DNA of 32,000 nt from contig NC_003551.1 of the NCBI RefSeq assembly GCF_000007185.1, positions 1,410,001 through 1,442,000 of the forward strand, read 5' to 3'. This stretch comes from Methanopyrus kandleri AV19 (lineage in GTDB: Archaea > JAADCQ01 > Methanopyri > Methanopyrales > Methanopyraceae). Position numbers and translations under genes: made by a program. The notes under the pieces were generated by a model. The model was not told where the DNA came from. It did not search any database and worked only from the letters and a program-made list of their open reading frames with translations. The stretch's first letter is position 1, and every line of letters starts with the position of its first letter. Below are positions 8,287 through 16,224 of the stretch, piece by piece.

Positions 8287-9104
8287 TCGAACCGTACAAG
8301 CTGGCGTGGTCGGTTGTTTTCGGTATCTCCAGGGGTCTCTACGTGTTTGCGGGGTCGTTCATAGCGGCGGCCCTGTACCGGTACGTGGCGGAAGAGCGGA
8401 TAACGATGACCACGGCCATGTTCGTGGGCCTCATCACCGCGGGCTTCGCGTCGGGTCCGCAGAAGCTGGCGGCACTGGCCATCAGTCAGCCCAACGTCGA
8501 GGTGCTCTCCTGGACGATCGCAGCCCTGTTCGCGATACCCGCCAGGACCTACGGGGACGCACTGGGTAAGCGGCTCCTGGAGGCGCGGCTGTCCTCGATG
8601 AAGCCCACGACCAAGGTATATCGGCTCCCCGAAGACCCGGACAACATCGAGGACGTCCCGGGAGAACCCCCGGCCCCCCGGGAGGTGAAGAAGCGGATTG
8701 CGGGGCGTGAGTACGAGTTCCCGCGGGGAACCCCACGGGAGGACGTGGAGCGGGTGATCAAGCGGGACCTGGAGGAAGAGGGAGGTGTGGGACGCGCGGT
8801 GGTGCGCGTCGACGGGGACGAGGTCAAGGTGAGGCTCGCCGGCGCGAAGCCGCCGGTCTCGCACACGCTCCCCCCGGACAAGGTCGCGGTTTCGGTGAAA
8901 CCCAAGGGTGGATCGGCCCACATCGGCGAAGGGGACAAGGTGATAGTGTACGCCGACGGTCAGAAGCTCTGCGAGGCGGAGGTCTGGAAGCGGTCCAAGA
9001 GCGGCGTGGTCTTGGTGGTGGATCGGGAGCACGCGGACGAGCTCATGCGCCTGGTTACCAAGGGCAAGGACGTATCCCTCGTCGTGGAGCCTACTGAGGA
9101 ATGA
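8283..9104 (+). CDS. uncharacterized membrane protein (N-terminal TM helices plus a C-terminal soluble beta-rich domain)
   Basis: 273 aa. The GTG start overlaps the trpC stop (GTGA). There are about 3 hydrophobic helices in the first 95 aa, followed by a charged soluble region. I recognise no confident family. Confidence 0.5.
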   Translation: MIEPYKLAWSVVFGISRGLYVFAGSFIAAALYRYVAEERITMTTAMFVGLITAGFASGPQKLAALAISQPNVEVLSWTIAALFAIPARTYGDALGKRLLEARLSSMKPTTKVYRLPEDPDNIEDVPGEPPAPREVKKRIAGREYEFPRGTPREDVERVIKRDLEEEGGVGRAVVRVDGDEVKVRLAGAKPPVSHTLPPDKVAVSVKPKGGSAHIGEGDKVIVYADGQKLCEAEVWKRSKSGVVLVVDREHADELMRLVTKGKDVSLVVEPTEE

Positions 9105-9108
9105 CTGT

Positions 9109-9185
9109 GCCCCGCGGTTAGCCAGGCCGGTCATCCGTCGCCTTCCGGTCGTCACCCGTCCCGGCCCCAGCCTGGACCGCGGGGC
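9109..9185. other. 77-nt GC-rich extended stem structure in a convergent intergenic region
   Basis: GCCCCGCGG (9109-9117) pairs perfectly with CCGCGGGGC (9177-9185). An inner helix CCAGGC/GCCTGG follows. The structure begins 5 nt after the stop at 9104. Confidence 0.4.
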
Positions 9186-9287
9186 TCATCGGCGGCCCCT
9201 ACTCCCCCTCATCGGGAGTCACCCTCAGGTTTTCGGGGCCGTCCTCTCGTGGGTGATCGCCGGGCATCCGGGAGTTAACCCTTTCGA

Positions 9288-9860
9288 TCAGAAGGGGTCT
9301 CGATCGGGGTAGTAGCTCCTGAACCTTCGGAGGGCCTCCTCGGTCGCCTCGGGGAAACGCCGACGTAGCTCCTTCACGAACTCCCCACGCGTTCTCCCCG
9401 GGATCAGCCCCAATATCTCGGAGACAACCCTCAACGCCCGATCCGACGGCCTCCTGGGTACTTCCAGGGTGAGCGTGAGCACGTCCCCGAGGATGCGCTT
9501 GTGCTGGCGTGGAACGGAGCCCAGGAGCACCCCGGCACCGAAGTCGACCAGGCCGGGGACTCCACCACTCCGCCGCTCCGCGGTCAACTTCCTGTAAGCC
9601 CTCGGCCGATAGCAGTGGAGCTCCACGTAGGTGTCGAACGGTCGAAGGTCCTCGACTACCCGTCGCCAACGGGCGCCGACCTCGGAGCGGTGGAACGACG
9701 GATCCACCGTGCTCACGTAAGGTCCGTTCTCGAACACCCTGGAGACCCGGAACCCTTCGGGTAGTACCCTACGCACCACGGGCTCGAGGGCACGACCCTC
9801 GTCCCCGTGAACCCCGTACACTGCCACGGGTCTGCGGATGGGGTGGTCGTTTGCGCTCAT
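9288..9860 (-). CDS. conserved-looking hypothetical protein (possible zinc-hydrolase-like HGxE motif)
   Basis: 190 aa with coding-like composition. The N-terminal VAVYGVHGDEGRA resembles the metal-binding HGxE motif of AstE/AspA/M14-type hydrolases, but the protein is short. The ATG is at 9860, with an alternative GTG at 9827. Confidence 0.45.
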   Translation of the reverse strand: MSANDHPIRRPVAVYGVHGDEGRALEPVVRRVLPEGFRVSRVFENGPYVSTVDPSFHRSEVGARWRRVVEDLRPFDTYVELHCYRPRAYRKLTAERRSGGVPGLVDFGAGVLLGSVPRQHKRILGDVLTLTLEVPRRPSDRALRVVSEILGLIPGRTRGEFVKELRRRFPEATEEALRRFRSYYPDRDPF

Positions 9861-11071
9861 GGTTCCCCCACGCCCCGACGGTATCCGTTCCGGAGATAGA
9901 ACCGGAAGAGGCCCTGTCGTACCGAGACGAGATCCGAACCAGGGTCAGATCCTACGCCTTCGGGCTGGACGACTGGCGGGCGAAGGTAAAGACGCGTCGC
10001 GCTTACCTGCGCAAGGTCAGGGACGAGGACGAGTCGGAGATCCTGCGAGTCTACGGGGCGTTACTCACCGTGGCGGCCGCCGGACCGCGTCCCGTCCGTC
10101 ATCTGATAGCCGAAGGCGAGTCTGCGATGGCCGAGACCGCGCTCTACGCCCTTCGCCACGAGGATGAGTCCGCAATGTCCTACCCCGAGGAGCGTGTTCT
10201 CAGCGACCTGTACCTGTGGGACGTACGGGTACTCGAGCGCGACCTGGGTCTGTACGCCGTCCACTTCTCGTTTCCACTCATACACCGATCCCCGGAAGGA
10301 CAGAAGCTGAAGGTGCTGGTGTGGGAACGCGCCTCTTTGGAGAAGGTACTGAAGGAGGTCAGGTCGAACAGGGTCCTCGGAGTGAGGGTTCTCGATCCCT
10401 CGGGATGGAACGACGTGTGGATATGCCCGCGGTGCGGGGCCACGAGGCGGGGAGGGACGGGAGACCTGGAGCAGGACCACGCCCGCCGGTGCTCCAACTG
10501 CCGAGGGCGAATGCGGAAGCCGGACCCTAACCTGCTCGAGATGCTCAAGGAGCCGGAAGGGTACCTGATCATGCACTTCAAGACCTTGGCCCGGACGTTC
10601 CGCGAGGACGTCCGTAGATTGGTGGTCTCGGATATCGAGTCCCGGGACGACGTGGAGGACGAAGAGCTGCGGGAGTTCTGCCTCAAACTGTTCCCGAAGG
10701 TTCGGAAGCGTCTGGAACGCGTCGAGAAGGGGGCGGGCGGCCGGTTCCCGCCGTGTATCCGGGAGCTCTTACGGAGGGCCCAAGAAGGGGAGAACTTGCC
10801 CCACGAGGCCCGCTTCGCGCTGGCCGCCTTCCTGGTCAACGTGGGATGGGACGTGGACCGCGTGGTGGAAGTGTTCTCGAACCTGCCAGACTTCGACGAG
10901 GAGCGCACCCAGTACCAGGTCCGTCACATCGCCGGTGAGGTGGGCGGAGGTACTCGATATCTACCACCGAACTGCGATAAGATGAAAGCATGGGGGTTGT
11001 GCCCCGGCAAGGATTGTGGGGTGAAGAATCCGCTGGCGTACTACCGCCGACCTAGGGCCGACGACGGATGA
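9851..11071 (+). CDS. priL: DNA primase large (regulatory) subunit PriL with a lineage-specific zinc-ribbon insertion
   Basis: The C-terminal Fe-S domain signature is present: FPPCIRELLRRAQEGENLPHEARFALAAFLVNVGW … YQVRHIAGE … YLPPNCDKMKAWGLCPGKDC. The only canonical in-frame start outside the divergent gene body is TTG at 9851. The internal sequence CPRCG…CSNC is not part of the usual PriL N-terminal domain. Confidence 0.8.
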   Translation: MRSWFPHAPTVSVPEIEPEEALSYRDEIRTRVRSYAFGLDDWRAKVKTRRAYLRKVRDEDESEILRVYGALLTVAAAGPRPVRHLIAEGESAMAETALYALRHEDESAMSYPEERVLSDLYLWDVRVLERDLGLYAVHFSFPLIHRSPEGQKLKVLVWERASLEKVLKEVRSNRVLGVRVLDPSGWNDVWICPRCGATRRGGTGDLEQDHARRCSNCRGRMRKPDPNLLEMLKEPEGYLIMHFKTLARTFREDVRRLVVSDIESRDDVEDEELREFCLKLFPKVRKRLERVEKGAGGRFPPCIRELLRRAQEGENLPHEARFALAAFLVNVGWDVDRVVEVFSNLPDFDEERTQYQVRHIAGEVGGGTRYLPPNCDKMKAWGLCPGKDCGVKNPLAYYRRPRADDG

Positions 11072-11427
11072 ACCGTTATGCGGACTGGAGGCACCCCGAG
11101 CTCGTCCGCCAACGTTTCGAGCTTCTCCTCGACCTCTTTCACGCGGCTGCCGTCCTTGCCGATCGCCTTGTGGTGATCGTCCACGTACACCGTGGCGGCC
11201 AGGTAACCGGCCCCCTTGCCCCTGGGGCCCCTCACTATCACCTCACTCACACCGCAGTCGTCGAATTCCTCCCGCAAAAATCGTCTGGCGTACTCCTTCA
11301 TCCACTTGAGCCTGGTGTCCTTTCTGGGCCTACTCCGGAGCTCTTTGGACCACTCGCACTCCTCACATTCCAGCCGATCGAGCGATGGACGGACAGGACC
11401 TCCGCACCGTGGACACCTCAGGGACAC
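11041..11427 (-). CDS. zinc-ribbon plus KH-domain RNA-binding protein
   Basis: 128 aa with a GTG start 1 nt after the upstream stop and a strong GGAGGGGG SD. It has an N-terminal CPRCG…CEEC ribbon and a KH-type GxxG loop (AIGKDGSRVKEVEEKL). It overlaps the priL 3' end by 31 bp in convergent orientation. Confidence 0.6.
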   Translation of the reverse strand: MSLRCPRCGGPVRPSLDRLECEECEWSKELRSRPRKDTRLKWMKEYARRFLREEFDDCGVSEVIVRGPRGKGAGYLAATVYVDDHHKAIGKDGSRVKEVEEKLETLADELGVPPVRITVHPSSALGRR

Positions 11428-11428
11428 T

Positions 11429-12007
11429 TCAGTCCCCCTCCTTTACTTGCTTCCACAGCTTCCTTACCCTCTCAACTTCTTCCTCCTTAGGCTCCGTCTT
11501 TCTGAGCTTACGCTCGACTTTCGGAGGTTTCCGTGTTTTCTTGGCTTTCCGTGCCTTAGCCTTCATCGACCGCTGAGAGAGCCGTCGTTCGAACTTCACC
11601 AACCCGTAGCCCATCATGACGGCCATGATCGCCAATCCGACCGCGGTCGCCAGCGCGTAGTACCTCAGTTCACGCAACGACCGGGTCAGTCCCTGCAACC
11701 CCGCCTTCCGGGTGCGCTTCTTTTCGGGTTTTTTTCTTCTCTTCTCTTTTTTCTTCTTAGCTTCCCCGGCTTTCTTCCCAGACTCGACCTTCTGCGCCTT
11801 GCCGGCCGTGGACACCGGCTGAGGTTGTGAAACCCCGGCGTGACCTCCTCCACCGGTCGCCGTCGTCGTCCCACCGGGTGCCGGCTGGGACGGTTGGACG
11901 GCGGGAGTCGCTTGTCCGGTCCCCGTCGTGGTACCTCCCTCCTGAGCGGCGACCGGAGCCGCCAGGAGGGACGCCACCACCAACACAGTGACGATGTAGC
12001 GGATCAC
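11429..12007 (-). CDS. secreted/membrane low-complexity protein (signal peptide, T/G/P-rich linker, Lys-rich tracts, one TM helix)
   Basis: The likely GTG start at 12007 overlaps the ribB stop (GTGA) and gives MIRYIVTVLVVASLLAAPVAAQ. This is followed by GTTTGTGQATPAVQPSQPAPGGTTT, a KKKKEKRRKKPEKKR tract, the TM segment YYALATAVGLAIMAVMMGYGLV, and a basic tail. An alternative GTG lies at 12025. Confidence 0.5.
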   Translation of the reverse strand: MIRYIVTVLVVASLLAAPVAAQEGGTTTGTGQATPAVQPSQPAPGGTTTATGGGGHAGVSQPQPVSTAGKAQKVESGKKAGEAKKKKEKRRKKPEKKRTRKAGLQGLTRSLRELRYYALATAVGLAIMAVMMGYGLVKFERRLSQRSMKAKARKAKKTRKPPKVERKLRKTEPKEEEVERVRKLWKQVKEGD

Positions 12008-12717
12008 CTCTCGCCCCCCTTCCACGCCTTCAGGATGTCCTCGCCGGTCAGGAACGGAGCACCACGCTCTCTCGCGACGCGCTCGGCTTCTTCACGTGGG
12101 AGCGCTCCTCCACCCGGCTCCAGCATCTCGCATATGACCGCTACCTTTGGCTCCAAGCCGACGAGTTCGAGTAACGTCGCGGTGAGCTCGGTGTGTCCCC
12201 GGCGTTCCTCCAGCAGTCCGTCGAAGGGGCGCAGCAGGTGCACGTGCCCCGGCGATCTGAACTCCTCACCGAACTCACGTACGGGATCTTCATGGTTGCG
12301 GGTGAAGAACTCCGCCAGTTTCCGTACAGTTAAGGCACGATCCTCGTCGGTGACCCCGGTGAAGGTGTCTCGGTGGTTCACGGTGATCGAGAACGTGGAG
12401 CGCTCGTCGTACGGTATATCGTCGGGCCACGTGGCGCGCAGTAGGGGATGATCGGCACGTTCGTAGACGTCTACCAGGAAGGGTAAGCGTATCTCCCGGG
12501 CATGCTCCGGATGTATTACCACGCAGATCAATCCACCCGCGGTCCTCCGGAGTTCCGCGACGTGATCCGGCGTGACTTCAGGTGCCCAAAACACCATATC
12601 GGTTTCACCTTCACGATCCTCTGAATCGAAAATGAACACGGGTTCTCCACGTCTCAACGCCCGCCGGACGGTCCGCAGGTCAACCTCCTCGCTAGCTTCC
12701 AAGTCGACGGTCCCCAC
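12004..12717 (-). CDS. ribB: 3,4-dihydroxy-2-butanone-4-phosphate synthase
   Basis: Archaeal RibB motifs are present: FDSEDREGETDMVF, AGGLICVVIHP, DIPYDERSTFSITVNHRDTFTGVTDEDRA, FRSPGHVHLL, RRGHTELT, ICEML. With the GTG start at 12717, it overlaps the ribK 3' end by 64 nt. Confidence 0.9.
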   Translation of the reverse strand: MGTVDLEASEEVDLRTVRRALRRGEPVFIFDSEDREGETDMVFWAPEVTPDHVAELRRTAGGLICVVIHPEHAREIRLPFLVDVYERADHPLLRATWPDDIPYDERSTFSITVNHRDTFTGVTDEDRALTVRKLAEFFTRNHEDPVREFGEEFRSPGHVHLLRPFDGLLEERRGHTELTATLLELVGLEPKVAVICEMLEPGGGALPREEAERVARERGAPFLTGEDILKAWKGGER

Positions 12718-13079
12718 ACCTCGATCTTTACCATATCGCCATGGATTACGTTGAGCTCACGTCGTAACTCCGTCTCGGATATCAGCTCCACCTGATCCCG
12801 GTGCTCCGTGAGGTCCGGAAAGACCAGCCACGCGGGCCTTCCGTTCACCAAGCAAGGATAAAGCCAAGCTCCTCCGTACTCGCCGTGAGGCTCTATTCGG
12901 TACCCGTATGAAGACGCGAGCTCACGGAGCGATTCACGCTCCTCGCGCTCTACACGGACGTTGAACGTCCCCGGGAACGGTCGCGCCCCGATCACACGTT
13001 CGATTTCCCTCCGGTAATAAGGAATACTGACGTAGCGACGGCCTTCACCCAGTCCCTCCACATATTCACCTACGGCCAC
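12654..13079 (-). CDS. ribK: CTP-dependent (archaeal) riboflavin kinase
   Basis: The sequence follows the MJ0056-family pattern: VEGLGEGRRYVSIPYY, PFPGTFNVRVE, then a beta-rich C-terminal part. The start is GTG at 13079 (best N-terminal length match) or GTG at 13097. Either overlaps the RIO kinase 3' end. Confidence 0.8.
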   Translation of the reverse strand: MAVGEYVEGLGEGRRYVSIPYYRREIERVIGARPFPGTFNVRVEREERESLRELASSYGYRIEPHGEYGGAWLYPCLVNGRPAWLVFPDLTEHRDQVELISETELRRELNVIHGDMVKIEVWGPSTWKLARRLTCGPSGGR

Positions 13080-13986
13080 GATCGGTCCCGTAAACACCTC
13101 GCCTCACCCTCTCTACGACCTCGTCTACGTCCGCCGACACCCCGTACTTCCGCTCGAAGAACGATACGAGGTTCTTCACGTCCCGCCGGAGTGTCTCAAA
13201 CGCCCCCGGCTCCTTCACTTTCACAGCTTCGGACAGGTCGATGATATACGGTACACCGTCGTCGCCCACGAGGACGTTGAACGCGCTCAGATCGCCGTGA
13301 ACCAGCTCGGCATCCACGGCCAACCGCACGACCTGGTCCAGCAGATCCTCTAACACCGATCCCGGGTCGTCCAGATCCGGCGCTCGGTAGAGGGGTTCGC
13401 CCGGAATGTACTCCATCACGATGAGGCCCGGACGGGCATCGTAGGGCTTCGGTACCCTCACACCCGCCTCGTACGCGCGTCGCAGCCTGGAGAACTCCCT
13501 CAGGGCCGCATCCCCGCGCTCGATCCGTCGTACCTCACCGTCCTCTAACCTGTAAACCCGCTCCTCGTGCCGTTCCTCGTACCCGGTGTGCGCGCGATAC
13601 ACCTTCAGGGCTACCTTCTCCCCGTCACGTTCCGCCAACAGGACATCCGCCTCCTTTCCGGTCATGATCGTCCCGAGAATGCGATCAACTCCGGCGTACT
13701 CCGCCAGAGGGTCAGGCTCCGGGATCTCACGTTCCTCGGACTCTGACACCTTGAAGAGCGCATCTTCGACGGCCTCCAGGGTTTCGTCAGAGATCCTCCC
13801 TTTCTCCCGCTGTATCCGCAACGCTTCCAGGAACCGCTCCGCGTCTTCCGGATCTACCTCCGTCTCCTCCAGCGCCCTCAGGAACGGCTCAGGATCGTCT
13901 TTCTGCACCGTTTCTAACAGTGCACGTCCCAGTTGCTCCAACTCCGAGGCCCCCGGTGGTCCCTGGAATCCCGACACCGGAGCCAC
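13066..13986 (-). CDS. RIO-type serine/threonine protein kinase with an acidic N-terminal extension
   Basis: The RIO core is present: GKEADVLLAE … ALKVYR … REFSRLRRAYEAGVRVPKP … IVMEYI … LVHGDLSAFNVLV … YIIDLSEAV. The start is GTG at 13986. Confidence 0.8.
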   Translation of the reverse strand: MAPVSGFQGPPGASELEQLGRALLETVQKDDPEPFLRALEETEVDPEDAERFLEALRIQREKGRISDETLEAVEDALFKVSESEEREIPEPDPLAEYAGVDRILGTIMTGKEADVLLAERDGEKVALKVYRAHTGYEERHEERVYRLEDGEVRRIERGDAALREFSRLRRAYEAGVRVPKPYDARPGLIVMEYIPGEPLYRAPDLDDPGSVLEDLLDQVVRLAVDAELVHGDLSAFNVLVGDDGVPYIIDLSEAVKVKEPGAFETLRRDVKNLVSFFERKYGVSADVDEVVERVRRGVYGTDRGRR

Positions 13987-14000
13987 GAGGGAACGGGGCC

Positions 14001-15185
14001 TTACTCCGTCAGGTCGAGGCCCTCGAGCTCCCCGACAGTCTCCAGCACATGCCTCCGAGCCTCCTTGGGAGACTTCGGTTCCCGGACTACCTCACCCTCC
14101 TCCACGAACTTCCGCAGCAGCGGCTCGCGTTCCGACCCACATTCCGGACAGGGACTCGGCTCCTTACCCCGAGGGAGCACGACGTCGTCCAGACAGTTCG
14201 GGCACCTCCAGACTTGTTTCGCTCCGGAGAGCTTCCCCCGCTTCGACCTCGGTTCACCTTCGATCTCCACCAGGTCCATCGCGAAGTCCACCGCCGGTGC
14301 GTCCGAGATCGCCGTGCCCACGCCGAACGCGTCGGCTCCCACCTCCGCGAGCCGTCGGATCTCGCCCTCGTCCAACCCTCCGGACACCATGATCTTGACG
14401 TGCTCGTACCCTCGGAGGTCCAGCTCCCATCTGACTTCACGTACGATCTCCGCCATGTCGCCCCGGCGCGAGGACGGTGTGTCGAGCCTCACCCCGTCCA
14501 GCCTCTCCCTCAGCTCTTCGGCCGCCATCAGCGCCTCCTCCACCTCGTCGTACATCGTGTCCACGAGAGCTATCCTGGGGACGTCCTCCGGCACGTGCTC
14601 GTCGAACGCTCGCCAGGCCTTCCGCTGGTCCCCGAACACCAGGACGAACGCGTGCGGCATGGTGCCCACGGGCCGCTCCCCGATCAGCTCCGCCCCCTTG
14701 ATCCCGGAGACCCCGTCGCACCCGCCCACGTACGCCGCCCTGTCCACCATCGGGGCGATCGCCGGGTGTTGCCGACGGATTCCGAAGCTGTACACCGGCT
14801 TACCGCCGGCCGCGACCTTGCACCTCGCAGCTTTCGTGGCGATCCCGGTGGCCTTAGCCAGGCACCCGATCAGCGCCGTCTCGAGCTCGCAGAACTCGAC
14901 GTAAGGCCCCTCAATCCTCATCACCGGCTGCCCGGGTCGGAACACCTCACCTTCGTCCATCGCGTACACCGTAACGTCCCGACCTTCGAGCAACGCTAGC
15001 GCCTCTTCGACGCCGCACAGGACACCCCACTCCCAACCCTCCGGTAACGACCGCGTGGAGATCTCGGCGACCACCTCGGTGTCGGCGAGGCCTTCTTCCT
15101 CCAGTACCTTTCTGATCCTCCTGAAGTACACATCCGCGGTCTCACCGCGTCTTATCTCGTCCTCCGTGGCCACGTGAAGGCGCAC
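14001..15185 (-). CDS. nicotinate phosphoribosyltransferase-family enzyme with a C-terminal zinc ribbon
   Basis: Archaeal NAPRTase-like motifs are present: TADVYFRRI, CELETALIGCL, FGIRRQHP, GTMPHAFV, VDTMYDE, LDTPSSRRGD, IMVSGGLDE, FGVGT. The C-terminus contains CPNC…CPEC. The start is GTG at 15185. Confidence 0.8.
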   Translation of the reverse strand: MRLHVATEDEIRRGETADVYFRRIRKVLEEEGLADTEVVAEISTRSLPEGWEWGVLCGVEEALALLEGRDVTVYAMDEGEVFRPGQPVMRIEGPYVEFCELETALIGCLAKATGIATKAARCKVAAGGKPVYSFGIRRQHPAIAPMVDRAAYVGGCDGVSGIKGAELIGERPVGTMPHAFVLVFGDQRKAWRAFDEHVPEDVPRIALVDTMYDEVEEALMAAEELRERLDGVRLDTPSSRRGDMAEIVREVRWELDLRGYEHVKIMVSGGLDEGEIRRLAEVGADAFGVGTAISDAPAVDFAMDLVEIEGEPRSKRGKLSGAKQVWRCPNCLDDVVLPRGKEPSPCPECGSEREPLLRKFVEEGEVVREPKSPKEARRHVLETVGELEGLDLTE

Positions 15186-15409
15186 TCACACGCACCCCCG
15201 CGGGGCATCCCCGCGAGAATCGAAAGCTTTATCCTCACACCGTCGGTCCGGTCGGGGCGAACTGGGCGGAAAGGAGCCGAGAGCGCGTGCCTCCCGTAGC
15301 TAGGCGACCCACGACACGGGCTTATCGAGGGGCGACCGGAGCGCCGAGACCCTTACTCCGACCTCAACACCCACGCAGTCCGAGGCGAACCGCGACGGGG
15401 GTGGTGACG

Positions 15410-15775
15410 ATGTCGCGAAAGGCCCTGATGCCTTGCACCGGTATGTCACCGAACGGGTTCGTTTCGCGGGTGGTGGTTGCGGAGCTGTCCGAGGAGGAAG
15501 GGATACCGTCGATCTGCCCACCTGCTACCGCCGCCGGTAAGGAGAAGTTCCTCGAGCTCCTGAAGCGCGTCGAGGTACTGGCGGTCGCGGGCTGTGACTA
15601 CAACTGTCCCGCAAGGATACTGCGGGAGAAGGCGGGGAAGGAACCCTCCGAGACCGTATTCGTCTCGGACGTCTCTGAGGAGACCGGTGTGGACGCTGAC
15701 AGTCTCTACGAGCTCACGGAGGCGAACAGGGAGCTCGTTAAGGAGGTTAAGAGAAGGGTTAAGGAGCTCCTCTGA
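15410..15775 (+). CDS. DGC-domain-like putative zinc-binding protein
   Basis: The ATG at 15410 is preceded by GGGGTGGTGA. The sequence follows the DGC pattern: LMPCTGMSPNGFVSRVVVAEL … ICPPATAAG … LAVAGCDYNCPARIL. The upstream part of ORF 15287.. is R/P-rich. Confidence 0.55.
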   Translation: MSRKALMPCTGMSPNGFVSRVVVAELSEEEGIPSICPPATAAGKEKFLELLKRVEVLAVAGCDYNCPARILREKAGKEPSETVFVSDVSEETGVDADSLYELTEANRELVKEVKRRVKELL

Positions 15776-15950
15776 TAGTTCCTTCCGCCCCCTCGACGCC
15801 CCACGCCTAGTCCGATCTCTCCGGGGCGACAGGACCGTCGGATCGTCGAAGTACGTGGGGTCGAGGAGCCGTTCCCCAGACCGCCGTTGACGCGACGGTG
15901 TTCGGTGTTCTCAATCACCGGTCGGGTTTCCCTGCCCTCGCCGTAATCCA

Positions 15951-16034
15951 TTCGAATATTTTTATATGACAAAGTAGCATCGAAACGGAGATTGTTATTC
16001 ACCTGATAAGGGGGAAACTAAAACCACAACCTCC
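15951..16034. promoter_or_regulatory. orphan AT-rich TATA-like element (AATATTTTTATATGAC) plus an adjacent 48-nt hairpin
   Basis: This is the strongest AT-rich patch in the window (15951-16030). No protein gene lies downstream on either strand. GGAGATTG (15987-94) pairs with CAACCTCC (16027-34), with one A/C mismatch, starting ~20 nt after the TATA core. Confidence 0.5.
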
Positions 16035-16224
16035 GCTGAACTGGTGACCGAAGAGCCTACTCGCCGTTATCGGGCCGGAGGCTTACCCGGAGGACGCGGA
16101 GGAGTTCGGCGTGTGGGACGGTGGTCCGGTGGTCGCCGGACGGGAGTGGGAGTGCCGCGCGAGGACGTGACGAGCGACGCGAGTATGTCGGAGCGCGAGC
16201 GGGCACCTGTAGAGTCCGCCCTTC

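Noticed and set aside
7884-9155. 423-aa ORF on the minus strand
   Set aside because: It lies antisense to trpC and the membrane-protein gene. Its composition is extremely Arg/Ser/Pro/Gly-rich with no motifs. This is a typical spurious long ORF of GC-rich DNA.
11700-11765. Long T-rich tracts on the plus strand (…TTTTCGGGTTTTTTTCTTCTCTTCTCTTTTTTC…), considered as a terminator
   Set aside because: They are the complement of the Lys-rich (AAG/AAA) coding tract of the minus-strand secreted protein. They do not lie at the end of any plus-strand gene.
13586-14999. Long plus-strand ORFs (268, 359 and 323 aa) across the RIO kinase and NAPRTase genes
   Set aside because: They are antisense to two genes with clear family motifs and have a Ser/Pro/Arg-rich composition.
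15706-16002. 98-aa minus-strand ORF starting in the AT-rich box
   Set aside because: It overlaps the DGC gene 3' end in antisense, has atypical composition for this genome, and contains no motifs. The start codon falling in the AT box is probably coincidental.
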